Below are positions 18,935-28,910 of a stretch of 64,000 bases of DNA, piece by piece; the stretch's first letter is position 1; every line of letters starts with the position of its first letter. This DNA is from an uncultured Chloroflexia bacterium (GTDB lineage: Bacteria > Chloroflexota > Limnocylindria > Limnocylindrales > CSP1-4), in NCBI GenBank assembly GCA_963778645.1, contig CAVZVH010000026.1, positions 723,841 to 787,840 on the forward strand, written 5' to 3'. A program made the position numbers and the translations under genes. Under the pieces are notes generated by a model that ran no database searches, had not been told where the DNA came from, and was given only the letters and a program-made list of their open reading frames with translations.

Positions 18935-20068
18935 ATGCGACCCAGCGCGCTCCGTGTGGCATTTGACGCTGCCCCAGCGCGTCGCGACCCGACCGGCGTC
19001 GGCGTCTACGTCCGGGACCTGGCCATGGCACTGCTGGCGCGGGACCCGGAGTCGATCGCCCTGATCGGCGTCCGCCCAGACGGGCCGCTGGCCGACGCCG
19101 CGCGCAAGGTCACGCACCGCACGTATCTGGCATCCGGGGGGCATCAACGCTGGCTCGTCACCAAGGCGCGACACGACGTGTCCGAGGTCGGGGGCCAGCT
19201 TGCGCATTTCACGAATGCCGCCGCGCCGCCCCGGCCCGGTCGGCCGTTCGTCTTGACCATCCAGGATCTCTCGCTGCTCCGCTACCCCCAATACCATCCG
19301 CCCCTGCGCGTGGTCGCCTCCCCGTTCATCGTGATGGCGGCCCGTCGGGCGGCCGCGGTGATCGTGCCCTCGCAGGCGACCCGTGACGAACTTCGTCGCT
19401 TGCTGCATGTATCAGGTCGGCGTGTCGTCGTCGTCCCCCATGCTGCCTCGACGCACGTGGGCCCCGAACCGCAGGGGGGGCCGACGGCGCTCGACGACGC
19501 CCGGCAGGAGATCGGGCTCGACGACGACCCCTACATCCTCTCGGTCAGCACGCTCGAGCCCCGGAAGAACCACGCCCGCCTGGTCCACGCCTTCGAGGTA
19601 CTGACCGCGCGTCGCCCGGCACTGCGTCTGGTCCTGGTGGGCGATCCCGGTTGGCGAGGTGAGGGTCTCCGCCGATCGATCCTCGGGAGTCCAGCAGCCG
19701 ACCGAATCCATGTCACCGGCTACGTGGCCCCGGAGCGGCTCTCGGCCCTGATGGCCGGGGCCGCCGTGTTCGTGTACGTCTCTCTGTATGAAGGCTTCGG
19801 CTTGCCGATCCTCGATGCGATGCGCGCCGGCGTGCCGGTCGTCACGTCATCCGTCTCGTCGATGCCGGAGGTCGCCGGTGATGCGGCGGTGCTCGTGGAT
19901 CCCCACGACCCGACGGCGATCGCGGCGGGCCTGGAGCAAGCGATCGCCCGGCGACCAGATCTCGTGTCCGCGGGCCTGTCGCGTGTGTCGCGCCGCTGCT
20001 GGAGTGACGTCGCCGCGGAGACGTGGGACGTGTACCGCTGGGCAGCGGGCCTCGATGGCGGGACCTAG
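18935..20068 (+). CDS. GT4-family glycosyltransferase (mannosyltransferase-like)
   Basis: ATG at residue 20 of ORF 18878..20068, preceded by GGAGGTGAAGG. Motifs are YILSVSTLEPRKNH and SLYEGFGLPILDAMRAGVPVVTSSVSSMPEVAGDAA. Confidence 0.8.
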   Translation: MRPSALRVAFDAAPARRDPTGVGVYVRDLAMALLARDPESIALIGVRPDGPLADAARKVTHRTYLASGGHQRWLVTKARHDVSEVGGQLAHFTNAAAPPRPGRPFVLTIQDLSLLRYPQYHPPLRVVASPFIVMAARRAAAVIVPSQATRDELRRLLHVSGRRVVVVPHAASTHVGPEPQGGPTALDDARQEIGLDDDPYILSVSTLEPRKNHARLVHAFEVLTARRPALRLVLVGDPGWRGEGLRRSILGSPAADRIHVTGYVAPERLSALMAGAAVFVYVSLYEGFGLPILDAMRAGVPVVTSSVSSMPEVAGDAAVLVDPHDPTAIAAGLEQAIARRPDLVSAGLSRVSRRCWSDVAAETWDVYRWAAGLDGGT

Positions 20069-20781
20069 CGCCGGGCTTCCACGATGTAGTGGGTCGCGAG
20101 ATCCCGTCGTCCGGAGCGCATCGCCCAGTCCTCGTACTTGAGGTACAGCCATTGCGCCGGTGGCAGGAACCGAAGATACGTCGCGCCCGTGTATCGAGGC
20201 GTGACATCGGCGTGAGCCCACGGCGCGAGGATCTGGCGCAGTTCGCTGTCCCGGCATCGATGGAAGTGGGCCGGAAACACGCTGCCGGCGTCGCGTTCGG
20301 TGAACCGATCGACCAGCCACGCGGTGACCCGATGGGGGATGAGCCGATTGGCGAGCGCGAAATACGACCAGGCGCCCGAGAACTGGCCGATGAACGTGCC
20401 GCCGGGGCGCAGGTACGTGTGCACGTTGTCGAAGGCGGCGTCGAGGGGTCTGACGTGTTCGAGGACCTGCCAGCTGATGACGAGGTCGAACCGGCCCTCC
20501 AGCTCGGACACGCGCTGGGTGACATCGGCGACCCAGGTCTCGTCGTAGGCATCCGTGCCGGCCATCGCGAGTTCGGCGGCGGAGACGTCCAGACCGACGT
20601 ATTGGGCTCCCGGCGGTCGACGGTCCGGCGGGATCGTTGGGTGACGGCCGGCCCCGACGTCGAGGATGGACATCCCAGGTCGGACGAGCGACTCGACCCG
20701 TTCGAGGAACGGCGCGCGCCAGATACCTTGATAGCGTGCAGGCAGGTCGGGCCGGCGGAGGCCGAGGTTGCCGATGCGCAT
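20065..20781 (-). CDS. Class I SAM-dependent methyltransferase
   Basis: ORF 20065..20814; the internal ATG at 20781 is preferred (MRIGNLGL...). Motifs are ILDVGAGRHP, YVGLDVS and FDLVISWQVLEHV. Confidence 0.75.
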   Translation of the reverse strand: MRIGNLGLRRPDLPARYQGIWRAPFLERVESLVRPGMSILDVGAGRHPTIPPDRRPPGAQYVGLDVSAAELAMAGTDAYDETWVADVTQRVSELEGRFDLVISWQVLEHVRPLDAAFDNVHTYLRPGGTFIGQFSGAWSYFALANRLIPHRVTAWLVDRFTERDAGSVFPAHFHRCRDSELRQILAPWAHADVTPRYTGATYLRFLPPAQWLYLKYEDWAMRSGRRDLATHYIVEARR

Positions 20782-20924
20782 CGGTGGCAGGGTAGCAGGG
20801 CACCCTTGGTACATCCTTGGTAGGCCGTCGCTATCATGGCCCGGTGTCCGACCGACGGCCGAACTCCGGCGCCACTACGACCGGCGCAGGGTGGTCGACG
20901 ACCGTGATCGATCGAGCCGAGACG

Positions 20925-22424
20925 ATGGATGGGACACGCTTGGACGACCAGGCCGATGTGGTCGGGAGCGGACAAGGCGTCGATGCGCGCCTCATCGACG
21001 TGCTCGCGGTGGTCGTCGTCGTGGGACTCCCGGTGGCTTGGTGGCTGTCGCTCCTGCTGCTCGTCCAGACGTCCGTCGTCGACCTGACGCCGCCGAAGCT
21101 CCTCGCGGTCCTCGGACTCGGGCTCGCCCTGCTCGCGCGCCCGTGGCGGCTTGTCTCCAGGGCGGACGCGCTCAGCCTGGGTCTGTTCGCCGCCTACGCC
21201 GGCTGGTTCATCCTCGCCTCTGCCCTCCGGGCAACGGCTGCGGATGTGAAGTTGACCGCGGGCTACGCACTCTTCCTCGGGGCACCCATGCTCGGCGCCT
21301 ACGTCGCGACGCGCGTCGCGCCCAGACGGACCAGCATCCTCCTGGTCGGCACGGTGCTGATTGCGCTCGGACTGAGCCTCGTCGGCGTCATCATCGAGCG
21401 ATACACGTACCCGGGTCTCGATCAGGCGGATCCGCTCGCCGCCCTATGGTCCTTCTTTCGCCCGCAGAACGGGATGGAGGACGCGGTGCTGGGCACGCTC
21501 GCCCCGCCGCCGCTGCACTTTCCGACCGGCGACCCGATGATCCCGCGAGTGGCGGCATGGTTCGCGCACGTGAACTACCTGGCGTTCTTCGCGGTCCTCG
21601 CAGGCACGCTCGGCGCCGTCCTGATGCTCTGGGGGATCCGCCGGGCTGACCGGGTCATGTCGGTCGTCGGCGGGATAGCGGTCGCCGCGGCGAGCCTGAT
21701 CACCGCCTGGACCTATTCGCGCGTGGGCCTGGTCGGGCTCCCGATCGGCATCGTCGCGGTGGTGGTCGTCGAGCTCGTCGGTCGGGGCCGGCCGACCCGC
21801 CCGGTGCGATGGGCCGCCCTGGCAAGCCCCGCCGTGGTCGTCGGACTGGTCCTCGCCGCGACCCTGCTCGTCGATCAGGTCGGCCTGCGACGGTTGGTCC
21901 AGGACGTGGATCTGTCGACCCCTGGGCGGACGCCCGGCGAGCGGGCCGCGGCGATCGAAGCCAGCGCCGAACGGTCCACGGCCCTGCGGCTCTCCATGCA
22001 GCGGACGGCGGTCGCGATGATCCTGGAATCGCCGGCCTCCGTAGTCATCGGCCCGGGCCAACGGGCATACGAGACCGCGGTCCACAGTCCTGGCAACCCA
22101 CGCTACGTCGCCGATGCCGTGGGCGTTCGCGATCCGAATTCGCTGTGGCTGTCGGTGGCGCTGTCCGGCGGTATCGTCGGTGTCATCCTCCTGATCGCCG
22201 CCTTGACCGTCGTGGCCCTTCGGCTATGGCGCGTCATCAGATCGCGCTCCGAGACACCATCGAACCTGGTGGTCACGTGGCTTGCCGCCTGGCTCGTGAC
22301 CTGGGCGGGGATGCAGTTCTTCGGGACGTATCCGTTCGCGACGGCCGAAGCGGCGATCCTCGGCACGCTTGTCGGCGTCATGATCGGGCTCTCCAGCACC
22401 GGAGAACGGACCCCCGTCCGGTGA
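20925..22424 (+). CDS. O-antigen ligase / Wzy_C-family polytopic membrane protein (intact)
   Basis: ORF 20817..22424; the start could be 20817 or ATG 20925. It is multi-TM, with AAWFAHVNYLAFFAVLAG, TYSRVGLVGLPIG and a large loop (LSTPGRTPGERAAAIEASAERSTALRLSMQRTA). Confidence 0.7.
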   Translation: MDGTRLDDQADVVGSGQGVDARLIDVLAVVVVVGLPVAWWLSLLLLVQTSVVDLTPPKLLAVLGLGLALLARPWRLVSRADALSLGLFAAYAGWFILASALRATAADVKLTAGYALFLGAPMLGAYVATRVAPRRTSILLVGTVLIALGLSLVGVIIERYTYPGLDQADPLAALWSFFRPQNGMEDAVLGTLAPPPLHFPTGDPMIPRVAAWFAHVNYLAFFAVLAGTLGAVLMLWGIRRADRVMSVVGGIAVAAASLITAWTYSRVGLVGLPIGIVAVVVVELVGRGRPTRPVRWAALASPAVVVGLVLAATLLVDQVGLRRLVQDVDLSTPGRTPGERAAAIEASAERSTALRLSMQRTAVAMILESPASVVIGPGQRAYETAVHSPGNPRYVADAVGVRDPNSLWLSVALSGGIVGVILLIAALTVVALRLWRVIRSRSETPSNLVVTWLAAWLVTWAGMQFFGTYPFATAEAAILGTLVGVMIGLSSTGERTPVR

Positions 22425-23617
22425 GGATCGCGTTCGTCACGGGCGACGCCCCGTGGCCGCCCACCGCGGGTGGCCGCCTGCGTGATGTCGCCACGTACGA
22501 GGCTGCGGCCGCTGTCGGCCAGGTCTGCCTCGTTTCCTTCCCGTTCGCGGTCCAGCCAGACGCCGCCGATCTGCCGGCCGGCGCACGGATCGAACGGATG
22601 CCATGGCCGACATCGCGTGTCACCCGGCTGGCGAATCGGGCGCGGGCGACGCTCCACCGGCGACATGTCTTCCAGCAGCATCTCATCGACATGGGCGCCC
22701 TGCCTCGGCTCGAAGCCGCGCTTGCCGACATCCGTCCCGACGTCACGATCATGGGCTACCCGCTGTACGGGGAGCTGCTCAAGGTGGCCAGGGCAGCATC
22801 GCCCCGGTTGTTCGTCGATCTCACTGAGTTGCGCCTCCGAGACGCCAGATCGCGCCGACGGTCCCCGAACCCGATCGAGGGCCGGTTGCGTGCGACGCTG
22901 GACGCGTACGTGCTGGGGCGGGTCGAGCGCGACATCGCCCGCTACGCGGACGAGGTCTGGTTCGTGACCGAGGAGGACGCGGAGGCGTATCGCGTGGCGA
23001 CCGGGGTCCCGACGCGAGTCATTCCGAACACTGTTCCGGCGGCGGCCCTCGAGCACCACCGCGCGGTCCGGCCGGCGGCTGGTGGGTACGCCTACCTTGG
23101 CGCGTTCGACCACGGTGCCAACGTCCAGGCGGCCACCCGGCTGATCCAGCGCATCCACCCGCTCGTCCGAGAGGGGGAACCCTCGGCTCGCCTGTCGCTC
23201 ATCGGCCGACGGCCTCCCGACGACCTGCGTCGCCTGGCCGAGACCACGCCCGGCGTATCGCTCCATGGCGATGTGCCAGACGCGGTCGGCGAGCTTGCCG
23301 CTACGGGGCCGTTGCTCGCTCCGCTCGAATGGGGAAGTGGGACGAAGTTGAAGTTCCTGGAGGCCGCGGCCGCCGGCATTCCCATCGTCACCTCGCCCCA
23401 GGGCCTCGATGGGCTGGATTTCGAGCCCGGCAAGGAGATCCTCGTGGCCAGCACGGACGGCGACTTCGCCGCGGCGCTGCTGCGCCTGTGGCGGGAGCCG
23501 ACGCTGGTCGAACGGCTTCGAGATGGGGCAACGCGTCGCGTCCTCCGCCAGTACGACCGGCCGGTCGCGGCGCGGGCGATCCGGGCCGCACTCGAGGGCG
23601 CGGCTCCGGCTTCATGA
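22421..23617 (+). CDS. GT4-family glycosyltransferase
   Basis: GTG 22421 overlaps the upstream stop as GTGA. It is in frame with ORF 21809..23617. Motifs are VRIAFVTGDAPWPPTAGGRLR and PLEWGSGTKLKFLEAAAAGIPIVTSPQG. Confidence 0.8.
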   Translation: MRIAFVTGDAPWPPTAGGRLRDVATYEAAAAVGQVCLVSFPFAVQPDAADLPAGARIERMPWPTSRVTRLANRARATLHRRHVFQQHLIDMGALPRLEAALADIRPDVTIMGYPLYGELLKVARAASPRLFVDLTELRLRDARSRRRSPNPIEGRLRATLDAYVLGRVERDIARYADEVWFVTEEDAEAYRVATGVPTRVIPNTVPAAALEHHRAVRPAAGGYAYLGAFDHGANVQAATRLIQRIHPLVREGEPSARLSLIGRRPPDDLRRLAETTPGVSLHGDVPDAVGELAATGPLLAPLEWGSGTKLKFLEAAAAGIPIVTSPQGLDGLDFEPGKEILVASTDGDFAAALLRLWREPTLVERLRDGATRRVLRQYDRPVAARAIRAALEGAAPAS

Positions 23618-24333
23618 TCGGTCCCGGGCATCGCCTGCGCCTCGGCCTGTGGCGAGCTCGCCATCCCGGCATGCAGCGACGATGTCCAGCGTGCGGGACG
23701 AGCGTCGCTCGGTTCGCGCCGTACGGCGTGGCACGCCGACCCGATGCGCAGTGTCCGGGCTGCGGGTCGCTCGAACGGCACCGCGCTCTGTGGCTCTACC
23801 TGGAGCGGCACACTCCCTTCTTCGAGCGATCGCTCAGGGTGCTGTTGATCGCCCCGGAGCCGGTGCTCGACGCAGCAGGACGGCGACGGCACCCGGACTT
23901 CCTGTCCATCGACATCGTGCCGGGACATGCGATGCGACGGATGGACCTGACCGCGCTCGAACTGCCATCGGAGGACCGCGACCTCGTGATCGCCTACCAC
24001 GTCCTGGAGCACATCCCGGATGATGCGGCGGCCATGAACGAGATCCGCCGTGTGCTCAAGCCGGACGGCGTGGCCCTTGTGGAAGTGCCAGTATCAGACG
24101 GTGACACCGATGAGCGCTACGCGTCGGCGCCTCCGGAGATCCGAGCGGAGCACTACGGACAGCCTGACCACGTTCGGCTGTACGGCCGGTCGGATTTCGA
24201 GGCACGGCTGCTCGCCCACGGCTTGGAGCCCGAGGCCGTCCGTGTCGGCGACGTGATGCACGCGGATATCCAGCGGGCCGCCCTCGACCCCGACGAGATC
24301 TTCTATCGAGTCGTGCGGGCTCCGGGTGCGTGA
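23614..24333 (+). CDS. SAM-dependent methyltransferase with N-terminal Cys4 zinc ribbon
   Basis: ATG 23614 overlaps the upstream stop as ATGA. Motifs are CPACGTS...CPGCGSLERH, then VLLIAPE and DLVIAYHVLEHIPDD. Confidence 0.75.
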   Translation: MIGPGHRLRLGLWRARHPGMQRRCPACGTSVARFAPYGVARRPDAQCPGCGSLERHRALWLYLERHTPFFERSLRVLLIAPEPVLDAAGRRRHPDFLSIDIVPGHAMRRMDLTALELPSEDRDLVIAYHVLEHIPDDAAAMNEIRRVLKPDGVALVEVPVSDGDTDERYASAPPEIRAEHYGQPDHVRLYGRSDFEARLLAHGLEPEAVRVGDVMHADIQRAALDPDEIFYRVVRAPGA

Positions 24334-25475
24334 TGCGGATCCTCCACCTGGACCACAGCCCGGTCCTGGGTGGCGCCGAACGATCGGTCCTCGAGCTCGC
24401 AAGGGCGCAGCGGACGCTGGGGCACGAGGCCGTCGTCGGGGTGGGACGCGACGGGGCGTTTCGTTCGGCGCTACGAACCGCCGGACTACCCGTCGTTGAC
24501 CTGAAATGGTCGTCGCGTTACACGGATGCGAGCCGGAATGCCGGTCTGTCGAGGTCGGCCTTCATGGTGCCGTCCATCGTGATGGCGGCCGTTCGGCTCC
24601 GCCGGATCGTCAACCGGCTGCGGCCAGACATCGTCCACGCCCACACCCGCAAGAGCCAGCTGGTCGCGGCCGCGGCGCTGGTCGGGTCTGGCGTCCCACT
24701 GGTCTGGCATCTTCGTGATGACGTGCCCGATCGCCCGGCGCTGCGTCGTGCCATGCGGCTGGGCATCTCGCGAGCCGCGCACGCGGTGGCGCTGGCGCGA
24801 TGGCTGGCGGACGGCTACAGATCCGCGGCCATCGTACCCATGAGTGGCGAGATCGGGATCGTGCCGAGCGGCATCGACCCGGCCGGTCTTCACGGCTTGG
24901 CTACTCCATGGCTCGACGGCGAACGTGACCCGATCGTCGGATACATCGGCCAGATCGCCAGGTGGAAGGCGCCGCACCTCCTGGTCGACGCGGCGGAGAT
25001 GCTCATCGATCGGCCGGACGTGCGGTTCGCGATCATCGGCGACGTCTGGTTCCCGCAGTCCGACGACGGCTACGGATCGTGGCTGGAACGACGCATCGCC
25101 GAGTCGCCGGTACGCGATCGGATCCGTCGCCTCGGGACGAGGTCGCCGGTAGCGGCGTTCCGCGAGATCGACGTCCTCGCCCACACCAGCGCCGAACCCG
25201 AGCCGTTCGGCCGGGTCATCGTCGAAGCGATGGCGTCCCGACGGCCGGTCGCCGCATTCCGCCGAGGCGCGGTCTGCGAGATCGTCGACGACACGACAGC
25301 GAGCCTGGCCGAGGGTTTCGACGCCGTGGCGCTGGCCGACGCTATCCGCTCGGCGGTCTCGGACCGGGCGCACGCACGCGAGCTAGCGACGGCGGCAGCC
25401 GCGGCAGCCGAACGGTTCACGCCGGCCAGTGTGGCTGCGACCATGGATGAGGCCTACCGCGTGGTCACCGGGTGA
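24330..25475 (+). CDS. GT4-family glycosyltransferase
   Basis: 381 aa; the start overlaps the upstream stop. Motifs are MRILHLDHSPVLGGAERSV and SAEPEPFGRVIVEAMASRRPVAAFRRGAVCEIV. Confidence 0.8.
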   Translation: MMRILHLDHSPVLGGAERSVLELARAQRTLGHEAVVGVGRDGAFRSALRTAGLPVVDLKWSSRYTDASRNAGLSRSAFMVPSIVMAAVRLRRIVNRLRPDIVHAHTRKSQLVAAAALVGSGVPLVWHLRDDVPDRPALRRAMRLGISRAAHAVALARWLADGYRSAAIVPMSGEIGIVPSGIDPAGLHGLATPWLDGERDPIVGYIGQIARWKAPHLLVDAAEMLIDRPDVRFAIIGDVWFPQSDDGYGSWLERRIAESPVRDRIRRLGTRSPVAAFREIDVLAHTSAEPEPFGRVIVEAMASRRPVAAFRRGAVCEIVDDTTASLAEGFDAVALADAIRSAVSDRAHARELATAAAAAAERFTPASVAATMDEAYRVVTG

Positions 25476-26605
25476 AGGTCCTGGTCGTCGGGCTCGCCAC
25501 CTTCTCGGAGATGGCCGGTGGGTCCGCGAGATACCTGGGCGGGATGGTCGAGGCCCTGCGATCCGATGGCCATGACGTCAGCGTGTTGACGTCGGCGAGC
25601 TCGATCGACGCCAGCCGCTACGTGGTCCCGGGGATCATCGGCCAGATCGCGCGCTCGCTCCGCCGCCTGGTGCTCTTTCATCCGCGTGTGGCAGCCACCG
25701 TCTTTCGCGAACGCCCCGATATCGTCAATGTCCACTTCGCGTTCGACGGCCTTGGGGCCGTCCTCGCCGGGCGCCTCCTGCACATCCCGATCGTGGTCAT
25801 GTTCCAGGGACCATGGGCCCGCGAAGCGGAGGCGACCCAGATGCGCGGGCGTTGGCCGCTGAGCACACGGATCCGTCGGTTCGTCGAGCGCCGGGTGTAC
25901 CGGTCTGCGGCCCGCTGCATGGTCCTGTCGACGGCGTACCGCGACCTGCTCGTTGACGACTACGGCGTCGCCCGGAGCCGGATCCGGGTGATCCCGGCCG
26001 GGATCGACCTTGGCCCCTACCTGGACCTGCTCGACCGGGCCGCGGCCCGTCGCAGGCTCGGTCTGACGACGGAGGGCCCTGTCATCGTGACGGTCCGCCG
26101 ACTCGTCCGGCGGATGGGCCTGGATCTCCTGCTGTCGGCCATCGCGAGCCTGCCGAAGGATCGACGACCCCTGCTCGCCATCGCAGGCACAGGTCCGGAG
26201 CTGGACGCGCTGCAGGCGCATGCGTCGTCCCTCGGTGTGGCCGATCGGGTCCGTTTCCTCGGCCGCGTGCCGGATGCGGACCTGCCCGTGCTGTATGCCG
26301 CCGGCGATGTGTGCGTGGTCCCGACCCGAGAACTCGAAGGCTTCGGTTATGTGGCCCTGGAGGCGTACGCGGCCGGCACGCCGGTCATCGCCACCGCGGT
26401 CGGCGGACTGGTCGATCTTGTCGGGACCTTCGACCCTGGCGCACTGGTCGCACCCGAGTCCGGGGCGATCGCACGGGCGATCGAAGGGTCCCTCGCCGGA
26501 GGCGCCAAGGACCGGGACGCTTGCCGGGCCTACGCGGCCACATTCGCCTGGGACGCGATCGGCCCGCGTGTCGAGGCAGTCTTCCGCGAGGTCGCGGTCG
26601 CGTGA
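25472..26605 (+). CDS. GT4-family glycosyltransferase
   Basis: 377 aa with a GTGA overlap with the upstream stop. Motifs are MKVLVVGLATFSEMAGGSARY and ELEGFGYVALEAYAAGTPVIATAVGGLVDLV. Confidence 0.8.
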   Translation: MKVLVVGLATFSEMAGGSARYLGGMVEALRSDGHDVSVLTSASSIDASRYVVPGIIGQIARSLRRLVLFHPRVAATVFRERPDIVNVHFAFDGLGAVLAGRLLHIPIVVMFQGPWAREAEATQMRGRWPLSTRIRRFVERRVYRSAARCMVLSTAYRDLLVDDYGVARSRIRVIPAGIDLGPYLDLLDRAAARRRLGLTTEGPVIVTVRRLVRRMGLDLLLSAIASLPKDRRPLLAIAGTGPELDALQAHASSLGVADRVRFLGRVPDADLPVLYAAGDVCVVPTRELEGFGYVALEAYAAGTPVIATAVGGLVDLVGTFDPGALVAPESGAIARAIEGSLAGGAKDRDACRAYAATFAWDAIGPRVEAVFREVAVA

Positions 26606-28170
26606 CCGGGCAGATCGTGCCCCCCGACGAAACCCCTGTGAGCGGGGTGGACGGGTCGGTCGCTGCGGACGACCTGGCAGGGACGGGCACGCGGACGATC
26701 GGTCGACAAGCGATGCTGAACGTGGGGAGCGTCCTGCTGGCAGGCGTGTACACGATCTGGCTGACGTCCTACCTGCTCAGTTGGCTCGGCAGCGCAGGCT
26801 ACGGCGCCTGGGCCACGATCACCGCTGTCCTGACCCCGCTGATGGTCCTCGATGCCGGTCTGGGGCTCCTGGTGGTCCGCGCGGCCGCGGGTCACGGCAA
26901 CCGCGAGACCGAGTCCGCGATCGAGGTCACGACGGCCCATGGGCTCTACCTGGGCCTCGGGACCATCGGCCTCATCGCCGGGATCGTCCTCGGGTTCGTG
27001 CCCGGCGCGTTGCTCGGGCTGTCGGACGCCGATGCCCAGCAAGCCCGGTTGACGGCCTGGACGCTGGCCGCCGACTTCGCCCTGATCATCGGCACGAGCG
27101 CCTTGCCGGGCCTCCTCCGGGGACGTCGCCGCTACGGCGCGCTCATGGGTGCGTCGCTCGTCCAGGTCGTCAGCGGTGTGGCGTTGACGATCGTGTTCGT
27201 GCCGATCATGGGGCTGGTCGGCGCGGCGCTCGCACAGCTCGTCTCACACGCGATCGGCAGGATCGTGCAGCTCGTCCTCGTGCGCTGGTTGGTGCCGTGG
27301 TTCTCGCCGGTGCCACGACCGCCCCGATGGGCGTACCTTCGGACCGTGCTGCGGTTCTCGGGACCGCTGATCGTGATCTCGATCGCATCGCAGATCAGTT
27401 TCTCGACCGACGTGGTCGTGGTCGGCGCCATCGCTGGCGCCACGGCCGCGAGCTCGATCGCGATCGGTGCTCGGCTGCCGATCCTCGCGGTCTCCCTGCT
27501 GTCGGTAGCCACGGACGTGCTGTTCCCGGTCTTCGTGCAGGAGGAACGGCGCGAGCCCCGCCGGCCGCCGGCACTCCTGCGGCGTGCGCTGTTGACGGCC
27601 GGACTGATGAGCGGCTGCGCGTTTCTGTTCCTGGCCTCGGCGCGGACCGAGATCCTCGCCATCTGGGTTCCAGGCGTCGACCCGATCGCCGGCACGGTCT
27701 TCGCGATCTACTGCGCGACCTGGGCGATCCACGGACCCGCGCATATCCTCGCGCTCGTGGTCATCGCGCATGATCGGCACATGCTCCTGGCCCCGATCGT
27801 CCTGGTCGAGTCGGTCGCCAACCTCGCGCTGAGCATCGGCCTCGTCCTGGCCATCGGGCCAGTCGGCGCGGCCATAGGCTCCTTGATCGCGGTCGGGATC
27901 TCGAACGGCATCGTGCTCCCCATCGTGACCCGAGCACGCATCGGGATGGGCGTCGGCCGGATCATCGTGGCATCGGCCGCCGGCCTGCTGGGTGGTGGGC
28001 TGGTCGCAGCGCTCGCCTGGGGGATCGTCGAGGTTGCCGCGCTCGAAGGCGCAGCGAGGCTCATCACCCAGGCCGCCGTCACCGCGACGCTCGGTCTCAT
28101 CGCCCTGGTCATCGCCTGGAGTGGCGTACGCTCGGTCCTCGGGACCCGCGGGCTGTGGCCGTCCCGATGA
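26602..28170 (+). CDS. Wzx-type oligosaccharide flippase (MOP superfamily)
   Basis: GTG 26602 overlaps the upstream stop as GTGA. It is in frame with ORF 26311..28170, 522 aa, with about 12-14 TM segments. It has LNVGSVLLAGVYTIWLTSYLLSWLGSAGYGAWA and RTVLRFSGPLIVISIASQISFSTD. Confidence 0.75.
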   Translation: MTGQIVPPDETPVSGVDGSVAADDLAGTGTRTIGRQAMLNVGSVLLAGVYTIWLTSYLLSWLGSAGYGAWATITAVLTPLMVLDAGLGLLVVRAAAGHGNRETESAIEVTTAHGLYLGLGTIGLIAGIVLGFVPGALLGLSDADAQQARLTAWTLAADFALIIGTSALPGLLRGRRRYGALMGASLVQVVSGVALTIVFVPIMGLVGAALAQLVSHAIGRIVQLVLVRWLVPWFSPVPRPPRWAYLRTVLRFSGPLIVISIASQISFSTDVVVVGAIAGATAASSIAIGARLPILAVSLLSVATDVLFPVFVQEERREPRRPPALLRRALLTAGLMSGCAFLFLASARTEILAIWVPGVDPIAGTVFAIYCATWAIHGPAHILALVVIAHDRHMLLAPIVLVESVANLALSIGLVLAIGPVGAAIGSLIAVGISNGIVLPIVTRARIGMGVGRIIVASAAGLLGGGLVAALAWGIVEVAALEGAARLITQAAVTATLGLIALVIAWSGVRSVLGTRGLWPSR

Positions 28171-28892
28171 GTGTCCGAGTCCTGCAGCGGCGACCCGACA
28201 TCGAAGCGGCCGCGGTGCGCCTGAGCGATCGCGGCCTACAGCCGCGGCGGGGAGACGGCGACCTCGCCTGGTGCGTGCGTTTTGTTCTCCGGACCGGCCA
28301 TCGGCCGCGCCCGCCCGATGCCATCAAGTCCTGGGACGTCGAACACACGCTCGCCGCGATCGAGCAGCACGTCACCGCTGACGAGCGCGTCGTCGATCTT
28401 GGTGCCGAGAACTCGGCTGTGCTGTTCGCCCTTGCCCGGCTCGGTTACCGGGAGCTCGACGGTGTCGACCTCAACCCGGACCTCGCTGTCGCCCCTCGGC
28501 GGGACCGGATCAACTACCACGTGGGCGACTTCCACTCGATGCCCTACCTGCCGAATGGGTCATGCACGGCCGTCACCGCCATCTCCACGATCGAGCACGG
28601 ATGGCGAGGGTCCGAGCTGCTGCGGGAAGTCGCGCGCGTGCTCCGTCCGGGCGGGATCTTCGTCGCCTCGACCGACTACTGGCCGGACAAACTGGACACC
28701 TCCGACCGGGCCATGTTCGGGATGCCCTGGACGATCTTCAGTCGGGCGGAGATCATCGGCTTGCTGGCCGAGGCGGCGTCGGTCGGCCTCGTCCCGGTCG
28801 GCGACGTCGAGCTCGATGCGGCGGAGCCGGTCATCGACTGGAACGGCCGGCGCTACACCTTCGTCCACATCGTGCTTCGCAAGGCCGGCTGA
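28167..28892 (+). CDS. Class I SAM-dependent methyltransferase
   Basis: ATG 28167 overlaps the upstream stop as ATGA. Motifs are VVDLGAENSAVLFALARLGY, AVTAISTIEHG and LRPGGIFVASTDYW. Confidence 0.7.
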   Translation: MSVRVLQRRPDIEAAAVRLSDRGLQPRRGDGDLAWCVRFVLRTGHRPRPPDAIKSWDVEHTLAAIEQHVTADERVVDLGAENSAVLFALARLGYRELDGVDLNPDLAVAPRRDRINYHVGDFHSMPYLPNGSCTAVTAISTIEHGWRGSELLREVARVLRPGGIFVASTDYWPDKLDTSDRAMFGMPWTIFSRAEIIGLLAEAASVGLVPVGDVELDAAEPVIDWNGRRYTFVHIVLRKAG

Positions 28893-28910
28893 CACGGCGG
28901 CGATCCCCGG

